Shown: positions 11,401 to 22,574 of the stretch, piece after piece | How positions within the stretch are numbered: position 1 is the stretch's first letter | How the letters are laid out: every line of letters starts with the position of its first letter | NCBI GenBank assembly: GCA_030390025.1 | Contig: JASTWF010000332.1 | Span: 186,001 to 250,000, forward strand | Source of the DNA: Squalus acanthias | Lineage: Eukaryota | Reading direction: 5' to 3' | DNA length: 64,000 bases | Made by a program: the position numbers and the translations under genes | Notes under the pieces: generated by a model | What the model saw: only the letters and a program-made list of their open reading frames with translations | What the model was told of the DNA's origin: nothing | Database searches by the model: none

Positions 11401-12739
11401 GTACAGGTCCCACCTTCCCCAGAAATGGTCCCAAAGCCTCAGGAATCTAAAGCCCTCCCTCCTGCACCACCTCTCCAGCCACGCATTCATCTGTTCTATC
11501 CTCCTATTCCTGTACTCACTAGTACGTGGCACCGGGAGTAATCCGGAGATTACTACTTTTGAGGTCCTGTTTTTTAATCTCTCTCCTAGCTCCCTATAGT
11601 CTGCCTGCAGGACCTCCTCCCTCTTTCTGCCTATGTCGTTGGTACCGATATGGACAATGACCTCTGGCTGTTCACCCTCCCCCCTCAGAGTATCCTGCAG
11701 CAGCTCAGTGACCCCCTTGACCCTGGCACCAGGGAGGCAACATACCATCCTGGAGTCACGCCTGCATCCACAGAAACGCCTATCTGTTCCCCTAACTAAT
11801 GAATCCCCAATCACTATTGCTCTTCCACTCTTCTTCCTCGACCCCTGTACAGCTGAGCCACCCGTGGTGCCATGGCCTTGGCTCTGGCTGCTCTCCCCAG
11901 AGGAACCATCACCCCACCAGTTTCCAGAATGGTGAACCAGTTAGCGAGAGAGATACACTCTGGGGATTCTGCCCTACATGCCTGGTCCTCCTTCTCTGTC
12001 TGGTGGTCACCCATTCCCTCTCTGCCTGCACATTCTGAGGTTGCGGGGTGACCACTTCTAGAAACGTGCTTTCCAACTATTTCTCAGCCTCGCGGACACA
12101 CTGTAGTGACTCCAGCTGCCGCTGAAGCTCCGAAACCCGGAGCTCAAGTTGCTGCATTTAGCGACACTTCCTGCACACGTGGTCGTCCAGGCCGCAAGAA
12201 GCGTCCAGGATTTCCCACATGGAACAGGATGTGCAAATCACGGGACTGAGCTGCCCCGTCATGCCTCTATTTACCAGACTATGGAGGTAATTTAGCAGAA
12301 ATAAACTTAAAACTTAAGAAACACTCAACAGCTACCCACCAATCAGCACTTCCCTCTATTAGACAGGCTATGAATTACTTAGCAGAAATATACTCAAATC
12401 GGAACAAAAAAAAACTTACCACAAATACTCACCCTATACTCATCAATCAGCTCCTTCCCTTGTGCCGATATCACTTTTTAATTCTGAAGTCACTGTTTCC
12501 AATTCTGCCTTTGAGTTGCGCCCGCTCAGGTCCGCTGCCTCCGCTCTCGGGCCTTCCTCTGCCATGCTGTTTATTTGCTCCGCCTCCGCTCTCGCTCAGG
12601 TCCCTGCTGCCCTATGATGTCACTCCTTGATTTTTCTGTTTGAAGGCTTTGTCTAGCGCCGCTGCTCCTGCTCCTCTTGCGCTCTTTATACCGAGCCCAC
12701 TCCTCTCGTGCTCATTATAGCGCCGCTGAGCCCGCTCCT
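8454..12739 (-). mobile_element. Near-full-length CR1 LINE (family B) nested inside the family A copy
   Basis: Order is 5' UTR, ORF1, APE endonuclease (11027-11263, 10633-10995), RT (9493-10605, 8529-9326), then a (catagagt)n tail; imperfect TSD ctaggatgt (8445-8453) / ctagatgt (12740-12747). Confidence 0.92.
11314..12262 (-). pseudogene. CR1 ORF1: zinc finger/coiled coil plus SGNH esterase, disrupted
   Basis: ATG at 12262 gives MTGQLSPVICTSCSMWE...VCRKCR*; ORF 11314-11814 has the IGDS, CCLPGA and HIGTND esterase motifs. Confidence 0.85.
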
Positions 12740-14262
12740 CTAGATGTAAGCCTTCAGGACCAGGGGATTTATCGGCTTTCAGTCCTATTATTTTCCCCAG
12801 TAATATTTTTTTTTACTAATACTAATTTCTTTCAGTTCCTCATTCTCGCTAGACCCTTGGTTCTCTACTATTTTCAGGAAGTTTTTTGTGTCTTCTTCCG
12901 TGAAGACAGACACAAAGTATTTGTTTAATTTCTCTGCCATTTCCTTATTCCCCATTATAATTTCTCCTGTCTCAGCCTGTAAGGGACCCACATTTACTTT
13001 TGCTAATCTTTTCCTTTTTACATACCTATAGAAGCTTTTACAGTCTGTTTTTATGCCTCTCGCTAGTTTACTCTCATATTCTATTTCCCCTTTCTTTATC
13101 AATTTCTTGGTCCTCCTTTGCTGAATTCTAAAATCCTCCCAATCCTCAGGCTAACTACTCTTTTTGGCAGCATTTTAGCCTCTTCCTTTGATCTAATACT
13201 ATCTTTAACTTTTCTTGTTAGCCACGGTTGGACCATTTTTCTTGTGGGGTTTTTGTGCCTTAAAAGGAATGTATATTTGTTATAAATTATGTATTAATTC
13301 TTTAAATGCTAGCCATTGCTTGTCTACCATTATACCTTTTAATGTAGTTTCCCAATCTACCTCAGCCAACTCGTCCCTCATACCTACGTAGTTTGCTTTG
13401 TTTAGATTTAAGACCCTAGTTTCGGATTTAACTAAATCACTTTCAAACTTAATATAAAATTCTATCATATATGGTCACTCTTCCCTAATGGCCCCTTTAC
13501 TACAAGGTTATTGATGAACCCTTTCTCATTGCACAATACTAGATCTAAAATAGCCTGTTCCCTAGTTGGTTCCTCAACATACTGATCTAGAAAACTATCT
13601 TGTATACATTCCATGAATTCGTCCTCCACACCGTTACTGCAAATTTTTACCCAGTCTATATGTAGATTATCGTCCCCCATGGTTACTGTATTACCCTTGT
13701 TACACGCACCTCTAATTTCCTGATTTATACTCTGCCCTACATTACAACTACTGTTTTGGGGCCTATAAACAACTCCCACCAATGTTTTCTGCCCCTTACT
13801 GTTTCTTCGCTCCACCCAAACTGATTCTACTTCTTGATTTTTGAAGCTAGGATCCTTTCTCTCTTCTGTCTTTATCTTAGCCTTTATTATCAGGGCTACC
13901 CCACCTCCTTTTCCATTTTGCCTATCTCTTCTAAAAGTTAGGTATCCTGGAATATTTAGTTCCCAACCTTGGTCACTTTGCAACCACGTCTCCATAATGG
14001 CTATTAGATGAAACCTATTCATTTCTATCTGTGCTATTAATTCATCTATTTTGTTGCGAATGCTTCGCGTACTCAGATATAATGCCTTTAGCTTTGACTT
14101 ATTTCTATTTTTCCCTGATGTCACCTGAGTCACTGATGTCCTATCCCCTTTGCTACCCTCTGTCCCTTCCTGACCCACACTGCTTATTTTTACCCAAAAC
14201 TCTGCTCTGCTCGAGAGCCTTGACATTTCTCGCGCTGCTTTTAAATGTACTCCTTCCTGAGA
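12740..14262 (-). mobile_element. CR1 LINE family A, 5' part of the outer element (APE endonuclease and linker)
   Basis: ORF 13465-14226 has IAIMETWL, GGGVAL, VGVVYRP, LDLVL and SDH motifs and continues the RT interrupted at 8453. Confidence 0.9.
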
Positions 14263-14471
14263 CGTGCCGATAGTCTGGGGAATGACTGTACACGACTCCA
14301 GTGAAGCTATGTTTACAGTGGCAAAAGTAAGAAGTTCATGTCACGTTGTGCCACTCCAAATCCCAAAGTAATCGAACTTAAGGATATGGCCACAACCACA
14401 GGAAAAATAAATGCTGCCAAAATACATATAAATAGCTGCCATTACATTATGAGGACAGGTTGCATAAAATT

Positions 14472-15517
14472 GGCTTTTATTCCCTTGAGTATTAGGAGAT
14501 TCAGAGGTGATCTGATCGAGATGTTTAGAAGGATTTGACAGGGTAGATCCGAATAAACTATTCCCTCTAGTGGGGGAAGGGGGGGGGGGGGGCGGGGAAA
14601 TCAAGAACAAAGGGATATTATGGCCCAAAATTTGCTGTAAAAATAATGGTGAGGCTAATGGCGTTCACCGTTATTTGAGTGCAAATGGCACAGCAACACG
14701 GAAGTTCCTGTACTTGCACAGTAGATATGAACTAAACTTGTCACAGAAAGCTAAGTCAAGTCATTTCAAGTCAAAATACCCGTTGAACGATGTGATAAGT
14801 ATTAATTACTGCCGGTCAACCTCTCTGGCACTGAAAATTAATTATTACAAGTATGGAGTTTCGTTCCTTCAGGCTTTAATTGTTGTTGGAGATTTTTAAA
14901 AATGTATATAGTTTAACTTTTTCTTTGTTTCTTTTTTCTCTCTTAATCCAATCTTTCTTTCCCTCTCTGTCTTTTTCTGTACCTGATTTGATAATGAATT
15001 CTCCACTCTAAATTACACTTCCTTGTTCAGATCTTGCGCTGGTCATTTCACAATCCTTCACTCTGATTGGTTAACGAGATAAACAGTCGCTTGCCCTGTT
15101 CACTCAGATCCCAGATGTCCCGTCGAGGGCATTTCCATCTCCCACATCCAGCAACTAGCAGGGCAAAATATCGTCGACATTAAACGGGCAAGGGCAAGTC
15201 TAACTAACAGCGGGTGCCGTTCGTTGGCCTGCCACAGGACATTTTAGATTTAGGCCATTTAGAAGGGAAATCAGGAAGCACTTTTTCCACACAAAGGGCA
15301 GTAGAAATCTGGAACTCTCTCCCCCAAAAGGTGGTGGATGCTGGGACAATTGGATCTTTCAAGATTGAGAAAGATAGATTTTTGTTAGGTAAGGGCATCA
15401 AGGGATATGGAGCTAAGGTACGAAAATACAGTCGAGGTGCAAATCAGCCATGATCTAATTAAATGGCTTAGCAGGCCCGAGGGGCTGAATAGCCTACTCC
15501 TGTTCCTAATGTTCCTG
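14472..15517 (+). mobile_element. CR1 3' fragment split by a ~610-bp insertion
   Basis: RRFRGDLIEMF before the insertion and FSTQRAVEIWNSLP after it; CR1 3' UTR ends at ~15517. Confidence 0.75.
14622..15235. mobile_element. Putative MITE inserted in the CR1 fragment
   Basis: Non-CR1 block between two contiguous CR1 pieces; it starts ggcccaaaatttgc like the other TIR starts, but the right terminus is unclear. Confidence 0.5.
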
Positions 15518-16284
15518 TGTTAATATGCCAGCTTTCCCGAGCACTACGTTTAAAATGCTCAGCCTTGGTGCAGAGGTCACCGTAATCAAGAATTTGAGGA
15601 CTTATACATGGCAGAAGTAGCAGATATGGTGCAAAGTGGACACAAACTTTGTCGTCAAAAGGAGAAATGGGCCACTGGCACTGCCCAACGCACTCAAGTC
15701 ATTTTTGTTAGAGAGAATAGTGGTCGCGCCCATTTGAAGTGTATATATATTTTTTTTGCTTACTTTTACTCAACACCAACAGATTTCTCTATAAAAATGA
15801 TTACGTTTGCCAAGTTTCCCGGAGCTGACTCTGAACGTTACTATCACACTGGGTCTCGGTCGTTTCAGAAACAGAAACCTCGTAACTCAAACCCTGGATT
15901 GTCTCAATGGAGCGCCACCTTACGTTATTGTTGCACAGCAATGAAACGTGGATTTGTTAGGCAAGAGAAATAACTAATAGACACAGAGCAACCATTTCAA
16001 AGCTACCTGTCCTTTCAGTGTTTTAAATGTAGCAGTGTGGTCTGAGGCAGGGGACAAAGGTTGCAGTTAACTTTTGTCGCCAGGTTTTAGCCAAAAACTG
16101 ACAACTATTTTTTTTTTTGCAACCACCATCTCCAATGATTTGAGCTCTTGGCTTTGAAAAATAAGTAAATATCTAGTCTTGGGGAAGTGGCACAATATAA
16201 TTGTGAATCAACACAGCGTGTGTGCTATGTACAGCAGTAGGGTTATGCAAGTGATTCTTCCAATGGGAATTCACTCCTATATAT

Positions 16285-16816
16285 TCCAAAGCTCTCCTGG
16301 CCGGCCTCCCATCTTCCACCCTCCGTAAACTTCAGCTCATCCAAAGCTCGGCTGCCCGTAGCCCGACTCGCACCAAGTCCCGTTCACCCATCACCCCTGT
16401 GCTCGCTGACCAATATTGGCTTCCAGCCCAGCAACATCTCAAATTTAAAATTCTCATCCTTATGTTCAAATCCCTCCATGGCCTCGCCCCTCTCTGTCTC
16501 CGTAATCTCCTCCAGCCCTACAGCCCTCTTCAAGATCTGTATTCCTCAAATTCTGGCCTCTTGCACATCCCCGAATTCCTTTGCCCCTCCACTGGCGGCT
16601 GTGTCTTCTAGGCCCTTAGCACTGGAATTCCCCCTCTACAACTATTTTTCCTCCTTTAAAACGTTCCTCAAGACCTACCTCTTTGACCAAGCTTTTGGTC
16701 ACCTGTCCCAATATGTCCTGACGTGGCTCAGTGCTACATTGTATCTGATAACGCTCCTGTGACGCGCCTTGGGAAGTTTTACAACATTAAAGACGCTATA
16801 TAAATGCAAGTTGTTG
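16285..16816 (+). mobile_element. L2-type LINE 3' fragment
   Basis: C-terminal ORF2 remnant (PITPVL..WLP...FKILIL.FKSLHGLAP; FKT.LKTYLF) and tail ctatataaatgcaagttgttg. Confidence 0.85.
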
Positions 16817-17087
16817 GGAAATTCCAGTCTCAGTAAAGCTGCAGAGGCGAGTTCCTGAGTGGAAGATGGACACACTTTCCTAATGGAGACAAGGGAATCT
16901 TTTCCGTCTCCCTCATGCACCATTCCAAACCTGGGAATAGGTTACCTTGGACAGGCTGTGGGTTGTGGTTGAGGGACTCATGGGTATGGCAGCCTCTCGA
17001 GGGAGGAGCATAAAGAAAACATAGATACAGACAGGGAGAGATGTAAAAGTGTGTCCTTTTCTACTTTTACTTTACTGCTGAGGGGGA

Positions 17088-20069
17088 ACGGTCTCTTAGT
17101 GGTTAAGTTACTGGACTAGTAATCCAGAGCCTGGATTAAAGATCCAGAGACGTGGAATTTAAATTCAGTTAATTAAATAAATCTGGAATAAAAAGCTAGT
17201 ATCAGTAATGGTGAACATGAAACATTGTCATAAAATCTGGTTCACTAATGTCCTTTAAGGAAGGAAATCTGCCATCCTTACCTGGTCTGGCTTATTATAT
17301 GTGGCTCCAGACCCACAGCAATGTGGTTGACTCTTAATTGCCCTCTGAAATGGCCTAGCTAGCAACTCAGTTGTAACAAACCGCTACGAAACACAATAAG
17401 AAGAATAAAACCAGACAGACCACACGGCATCTACCTCGGCACCAGCTACGGACACGACAACAGCACACCCAGCCCAGTCATCCCTCCTCACCAACATCTG
17501 GAGACTTGTGCCAAAATTGGGAGAGCTGTCCCACAAACTAGTCAAGCAGCAGCCTGACATAGTCATACTCACAGAATCATACCTTTCAGCCAATGTCCCA
17601 AACTCCATCACCATCCCTGGGTATGTCCTGTCCCACCGGCAGGACAGACCCACCAGGGGTGGCGGCACAGTCGGGAAGGAGTGGCCCTGGTAGTCCTCAA
17701 CATTGACGCCGGACCCCATGAAGTCTCATGGCTCCAGGTATGTCCTGTCCACATGGGCAAGGAAACCTCCTGCTGATTACCATCTATTTGACCTCGTCCT
17801 CACCAATCTACCTGTTGCAGATGCATCTGTCCATGACAGCATTTTAGCAGTGACCACCGCACAGTCATTGTGGAGACGAAGTCCCATCTTCACAAGGAGG
17901 ACACCCTCCATCGTGTTGTGTGACACTACCACCATGCTAAATGGAAGAGATTCAGAACAGATCTAGCAGCTCAAAACTGGGCATCCATGAGGCACTGTGG
18001 GCCATCAGCAGCAGCAGAATTACATTCCACCACAATCTGTAACCTCATGGCCCAGCATATCGCTCACTATACCATTAGCATCAAGCCAGGGGACCAACCC
18101 TGATTCAATAAGGAGTGTAGAAGAGCATGCCAGGAGCAGCACCAGGCATACCTAAAAATGAGCTGCCAACCTGGGGAAGCTGCAACACAGGACTACATGC
18201 ATGCTAAACAAGCGGAAGCAGCACGCTATAGACAGAGCTAAGCGATCCCACAATCAACAGATCAGATCAAAGCTCTGCAGTCCTGCAACATCCAGTCTGA
18301 ATGGTGGTGACCATTAAACAACTAACGGGAGGAGGAGGCTCCATGAGTATGCCCATCCTCAATTATGGTGGAGCCCAGCACGTGAGTGCAAAAGACAAAG
18401 CTGAAGCATTTGCAACAATCTTCAGCCACAAGTGCCGAGTGGATGATCCATATCGGCCTCCTCCTGAGGTCCCCACCATCACAGAAGCCAGTCATCAGCC
18501 AATTCGATTCACGCCACGTGCTATCAAGAAACGGCGGCGCGCACTGGATACAGCAAAGGCTATGGGCCCCGACAACATCCCGACTGTCGTGCTGAAGACT
18601 TGTGCTCCAGAACTAGCCGCACCTCTAGCCAAGCTATTCCAGTACAGCTACAACACTGGCATCTAACCGACAATGTGGAAAATTGCCCAGGTATGTCCTG
18701 TCCACAAAAAGCAGGACAAATCCTATCCGACCAATTACCGCCCCATCAATCTACTCTCAATCATCAGCAAAGTGATGGAAGGTGTCATCGACAGTGCTAT
18801 CAAGCGGCACTTACTCACCAATAACCTGCTCACTCATGCCCAGTTTGGGTTCCGCCAAGACCACTCGGCTCCAGACCTCATTACAGCGTTGGTCCAAACA
18901 TGGGCAAAGGAGCTGAATTCTAGAGGTGAGGTGAGATTGACTGCCCTTGACATCTAGGCAGCATTTGACAGAGTGTGGCATCAAGGAGCCCTAGTAAAAC
19001 TGAAGTCAGTGGGAATTGGGGAGAAAACTCTCCACTGGCTGGAGTCATACCTAGCACAAAGAAAGATGGTTGTGGTGGTTGGAGGTCAATCATCACAGCC
19101 CCAGCACATCGCTGCAGGAGTTCCTCAGGGCAGTGTTCCAGGCCCAACCATCTGCTTCATCAATGACCTTCCCTCCAACATAAGGTCAGAAATGGGGATG
19201 TTCGCCGATGACTGCAGAGTGTTCAGTGTCATTCGCAACTCCTCAGATAATGAAGCAGTCCATGCCCGCATGCAGCAAGACATGGACGACATTCAGGCTT
19301 GGGCTGATAAGTGGCAGGTAACATTCGCGCCACACAAGTGCCAGGCAATGACTATCTCCAACAAGCGAGAGTCTAACCACCACTCCTTGTCATTCAACGG
19401 CATTACCATCGCCGAATCCCCCAACATCAACATCCTGGGGTGTCACCATTGACCAGAAACTTAACCGGACCAGCCACATAAATACTGTGGCAACAAGAGC
19501 AGGTCAGAGGCTAGGTATTCTGCAGTGAGTGTCTCACCTCCCGACTTCCCAAAGCCTTTCCACCATCTACAAGGCACAGATAAGGAGTGTGATGGAATAC
19601 TCTCCACTTGCCTGGATGGGTGCAGCTCCAACAACACTCAAGAAGCTCAACACCATCCAGGACAAAGCAGCCCGCTTGATTGGCACCCCATCCACCATGT
19701 ACCGTGGCTGCAGTGTGTACCATCTACAAGATGCACTGCAGCAACACGCCAAGGTTTCTTCAGCAGCACCTCCCAAATCCGCGACCTCTACCACCTAGAA
19801 GGACAAGGGCAGCAGGCGCATGGGAACACCACCACCTCCAAGTTTCCCTCCAAGTCACACACCATCCTGACTTAGAAGTATATCGCCGATCCTTCATCGG
19901 CACTGGGTCAAAATCCTGGAACTCCCTCCCTAACAGCACTGTGGGAGTACCTTCACCACACGGACTGCAGCGGTGGCTCACCACCACCTTCTCAAGGGCA
20001 GTTAGGGATGGGCAATAAATGCTGGCCTTGCCAGCGACGCCCAGATCCCATGAACGAATTAAAAAAAAG
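17088..20069 (+). mobile_element. CR1-group non-LTR retrotransposon (distinct from HER1-type) with tRNA-like 5' head, EN-RT pseudogene and no visible ORF1
   Basis: EN motifs PDIVILTESYL and IPGY..RQDR..RGGG (17508-17693); RT motifs KAMGPDNIP, NYRPINLL, QFGFR, GVPQGSV and MFADD (18301-19452); ends in an A-run at 20061-20068. Confidence 0.88.
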
Positions 20070-20921
20070 ACATTATAGAGTCATCCATCTTGTCAGAATT
20101 CCATATCAGAGTTTTACTGAATTTTAGACATAATGAGGGGAAGATTTCACCTGTCCTTTCTAATAAAATAGGTGCATGACTCCGTCACACACAAAAACCT
20201 TCTCCCCGCCTCCTTATCGATGAGCAACAAGTTTGACCAGTGGTCTGTAGACAGAATTCCCACCATACAGCAGGCCTTGAAACTAACTTCAGTATGTCTG
20301 TATGCCAATTAGACCAAGAACAGGTCGATCGGCGTTTGAAAGAGGAGTTCTGATGAGAAGTCACGCCTGAAGCATTAAGCTATCTTTTGGCTTCATGTAC
20401 TGTACATTTCCAGTACCTTTCGCTTCTAGTCTAGATCGCAGTTTTTAAACAAATTTTCTAATAGCTTTTATTTTAATTTTGATATTACAAATGATATTTT
20501 CTGTAAAAGTTCAATGAAAAATCCACACAGATCTACTATTTTGATCTAGGAAATAAAAGGCCACCTTTGTATCCAATCTTTGCTATTGAAAAATAAAATT
20601 CTACTTTTCAAAAGCAATAGTATTTTACACTTGCACGAATCTGGGAGACATTGCCCCATGTCAAAATACTGATGTACAAAAAAGATTTGGAGAACCTGCA
20701 TACTGAATCCCATCTTAGCTTTAGAAAATCTACTCTCCAGACATCAAGAATAACAAGTAATGCAAACTTGTAAAAGAAAGACCAGAGACAAATATATTCA
20801 ACATTAAGGAAACAGAGAAGAGGAAAATAGGTAGAAGTCATATGAAAGACTTCAAATCCTCTGTACAATGAATGGCATCTATATTATTACCTGCAGATCT
20901 GCCAATAAATAATTCATTTGA

Positions 20922-21043
20922 TCTATTTTCCTACATAACAACAGTGACTACACCTCAATGGGACTTCATTGACCGTGAAGCACTTTGGGACGTCCTGAGG
21001 TCATGAAAGGCGCAATATAAATGCAAGTCTGTCTTTCTTTCTG
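20922..21043 (+). mobile_element. Deu-like SINE 3' fragment
   Basis: tttcctacataacaacagtgactacac...atataaatgcaagtct. Confidence 0.75.
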
Positions 21044-21657
21044 TAGAATTAATCAATTGGTATTTTCATGCAAATACACCGGATGTTTGGTCCAAACATC
21101 AGGCCATTCTCCTCAAGGTTAGTCTTCTTGCTTAGCACCAATATCATAGGGAGCGTAACTAAAACAGGGAGAACTTCCAAGGCAGCCATTTGTAAAGAAC
21201 AACAAATACCTAAACCCAGCTTAGCTTCTGGGGAACATGTTCATTCCAATCTTTTGCTTGGGATTCCTCAACTAGGATTATATGAGCATACTGACCACAT
21301 GCTCAGCCATTCAAAGTCTTTGGCCTCTTTGTAAGGACGGCAGGTCACTGAACATTCACCTTCTAGTATTGCCTTCGACAAACATATGGGGAGGGGGGTA
21401 ACTTTAAACATTTTGGGGGAGCGGGGGTGGGAGGGGGTATAACTTTAACCTAATCCACCTGGCGGGAAATTGGTGGGATTGGATTGGCCGCTCGTTTTAC
21501 ACTCCGCCCGATTTTACTATCTAATGAACTTTCACCGTTATTAAAAAACTACAATCAAAACAAAGAAATACATAATTTCCTCTTCAGCATAGCCTTCCAT
21601 TAGCACGGTCTTTACTGCAATAAAACAAAAACAAAAGAGAAAGAATCAACTTGCGTT

Positions 21658-22194
21658 GGCTGAGAAATTCAATCCCCGTGCCTGAATGGTGAGGCCCGAG
21701 GTACCCCTGATATTGGGCCTCGGGCATCGTTACCATGAAGCGGGAAAATGGCGGAGAGTGAAAGGCAGCTCGCCCGGAAAGAGAGTCTTTGAAAATCAGG
21801 TCGCTGTGGCCCTCAGGTAAGTGAGAAAGGGGGGAGGGGGCAACCGTGGAAAGATCAGGCCTCAAGCGGAGGGGGAGGTCGTGGTGGCCATGAGGAGCGA
21901 CCGTTGGGTGGGTTGCGGAGGGTCGTGGGGGGCAGGTGTATGTAGGCCTGGTATTTCAGAATAGCAGCTTCCTCAGGGCAAACCAAACTTGCAGTGGAGG
22001 CCCTCAAACAGGAGTTAGGCCCCTTATTTGCATATGCAAAGACCTAACTCCTGTTTCAGGCATGGGCACTGCATGTTTATTTTTTGGCCTTTACCAATAT
22101 GGCGGGCAGCGCACTTCTACCTTGTAATAAGCCGGTGCTTCCTGCCCGCCATATTAGAGGCTTAGGAGTCCGTTTAACGCCTGAATTTCTAGGC
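21658..22194. mobile_element. MITE with imperfect TIRs
   Basis: Termini ggctgagaaattca ... tgaatttctaggc with a GC-rich interior. Confidence 0.55.
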
Positions 22195-22574
22195 TTTTCT
22201 GTTTCCTGCATTCAATTCAGATTCTCAGTACTTGCAGTTTTTACTTTTTTAATCTCTAGTATGTGTTTTGTTGGTCTCACTCACGGCCAGCTTTACATCA
22301 ATCCACTGGGGCAAAAGAGCTAAAGCACCTGTGAAAAGTAAGCTGCGTTCACCAGACATCCTTCTCTCCACATCTCTCCTGCCAGATTAGGAGCATTTCA
22401 AAGCTCGAGCCCCTCCATGGGTACCTCAACAATTCTCAGCCACAACTCCTAAACCCATTGTCAAAGACACAGAATATGTGCAGTATTCTTTTAACAAACT
22501 GAACGTGTGCGTTCTCTCCTAAAATCATGTTATTGAAATATTACAAAGCGTTACTGTTTTACTGGCTAATATTT

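Noticed and set aside
8397..11935. Many plus-strand ORFs of 70-140 aa
   Set aside because: They are antisense shadows of the minus-strand CR1 ORFs.
20345..20380. Hammerhead-like CTGATGAG...CTGAAGC
   Set aside because: The GAAA core and stems are degenerate; an old Penelope remnant unlikely to be active.
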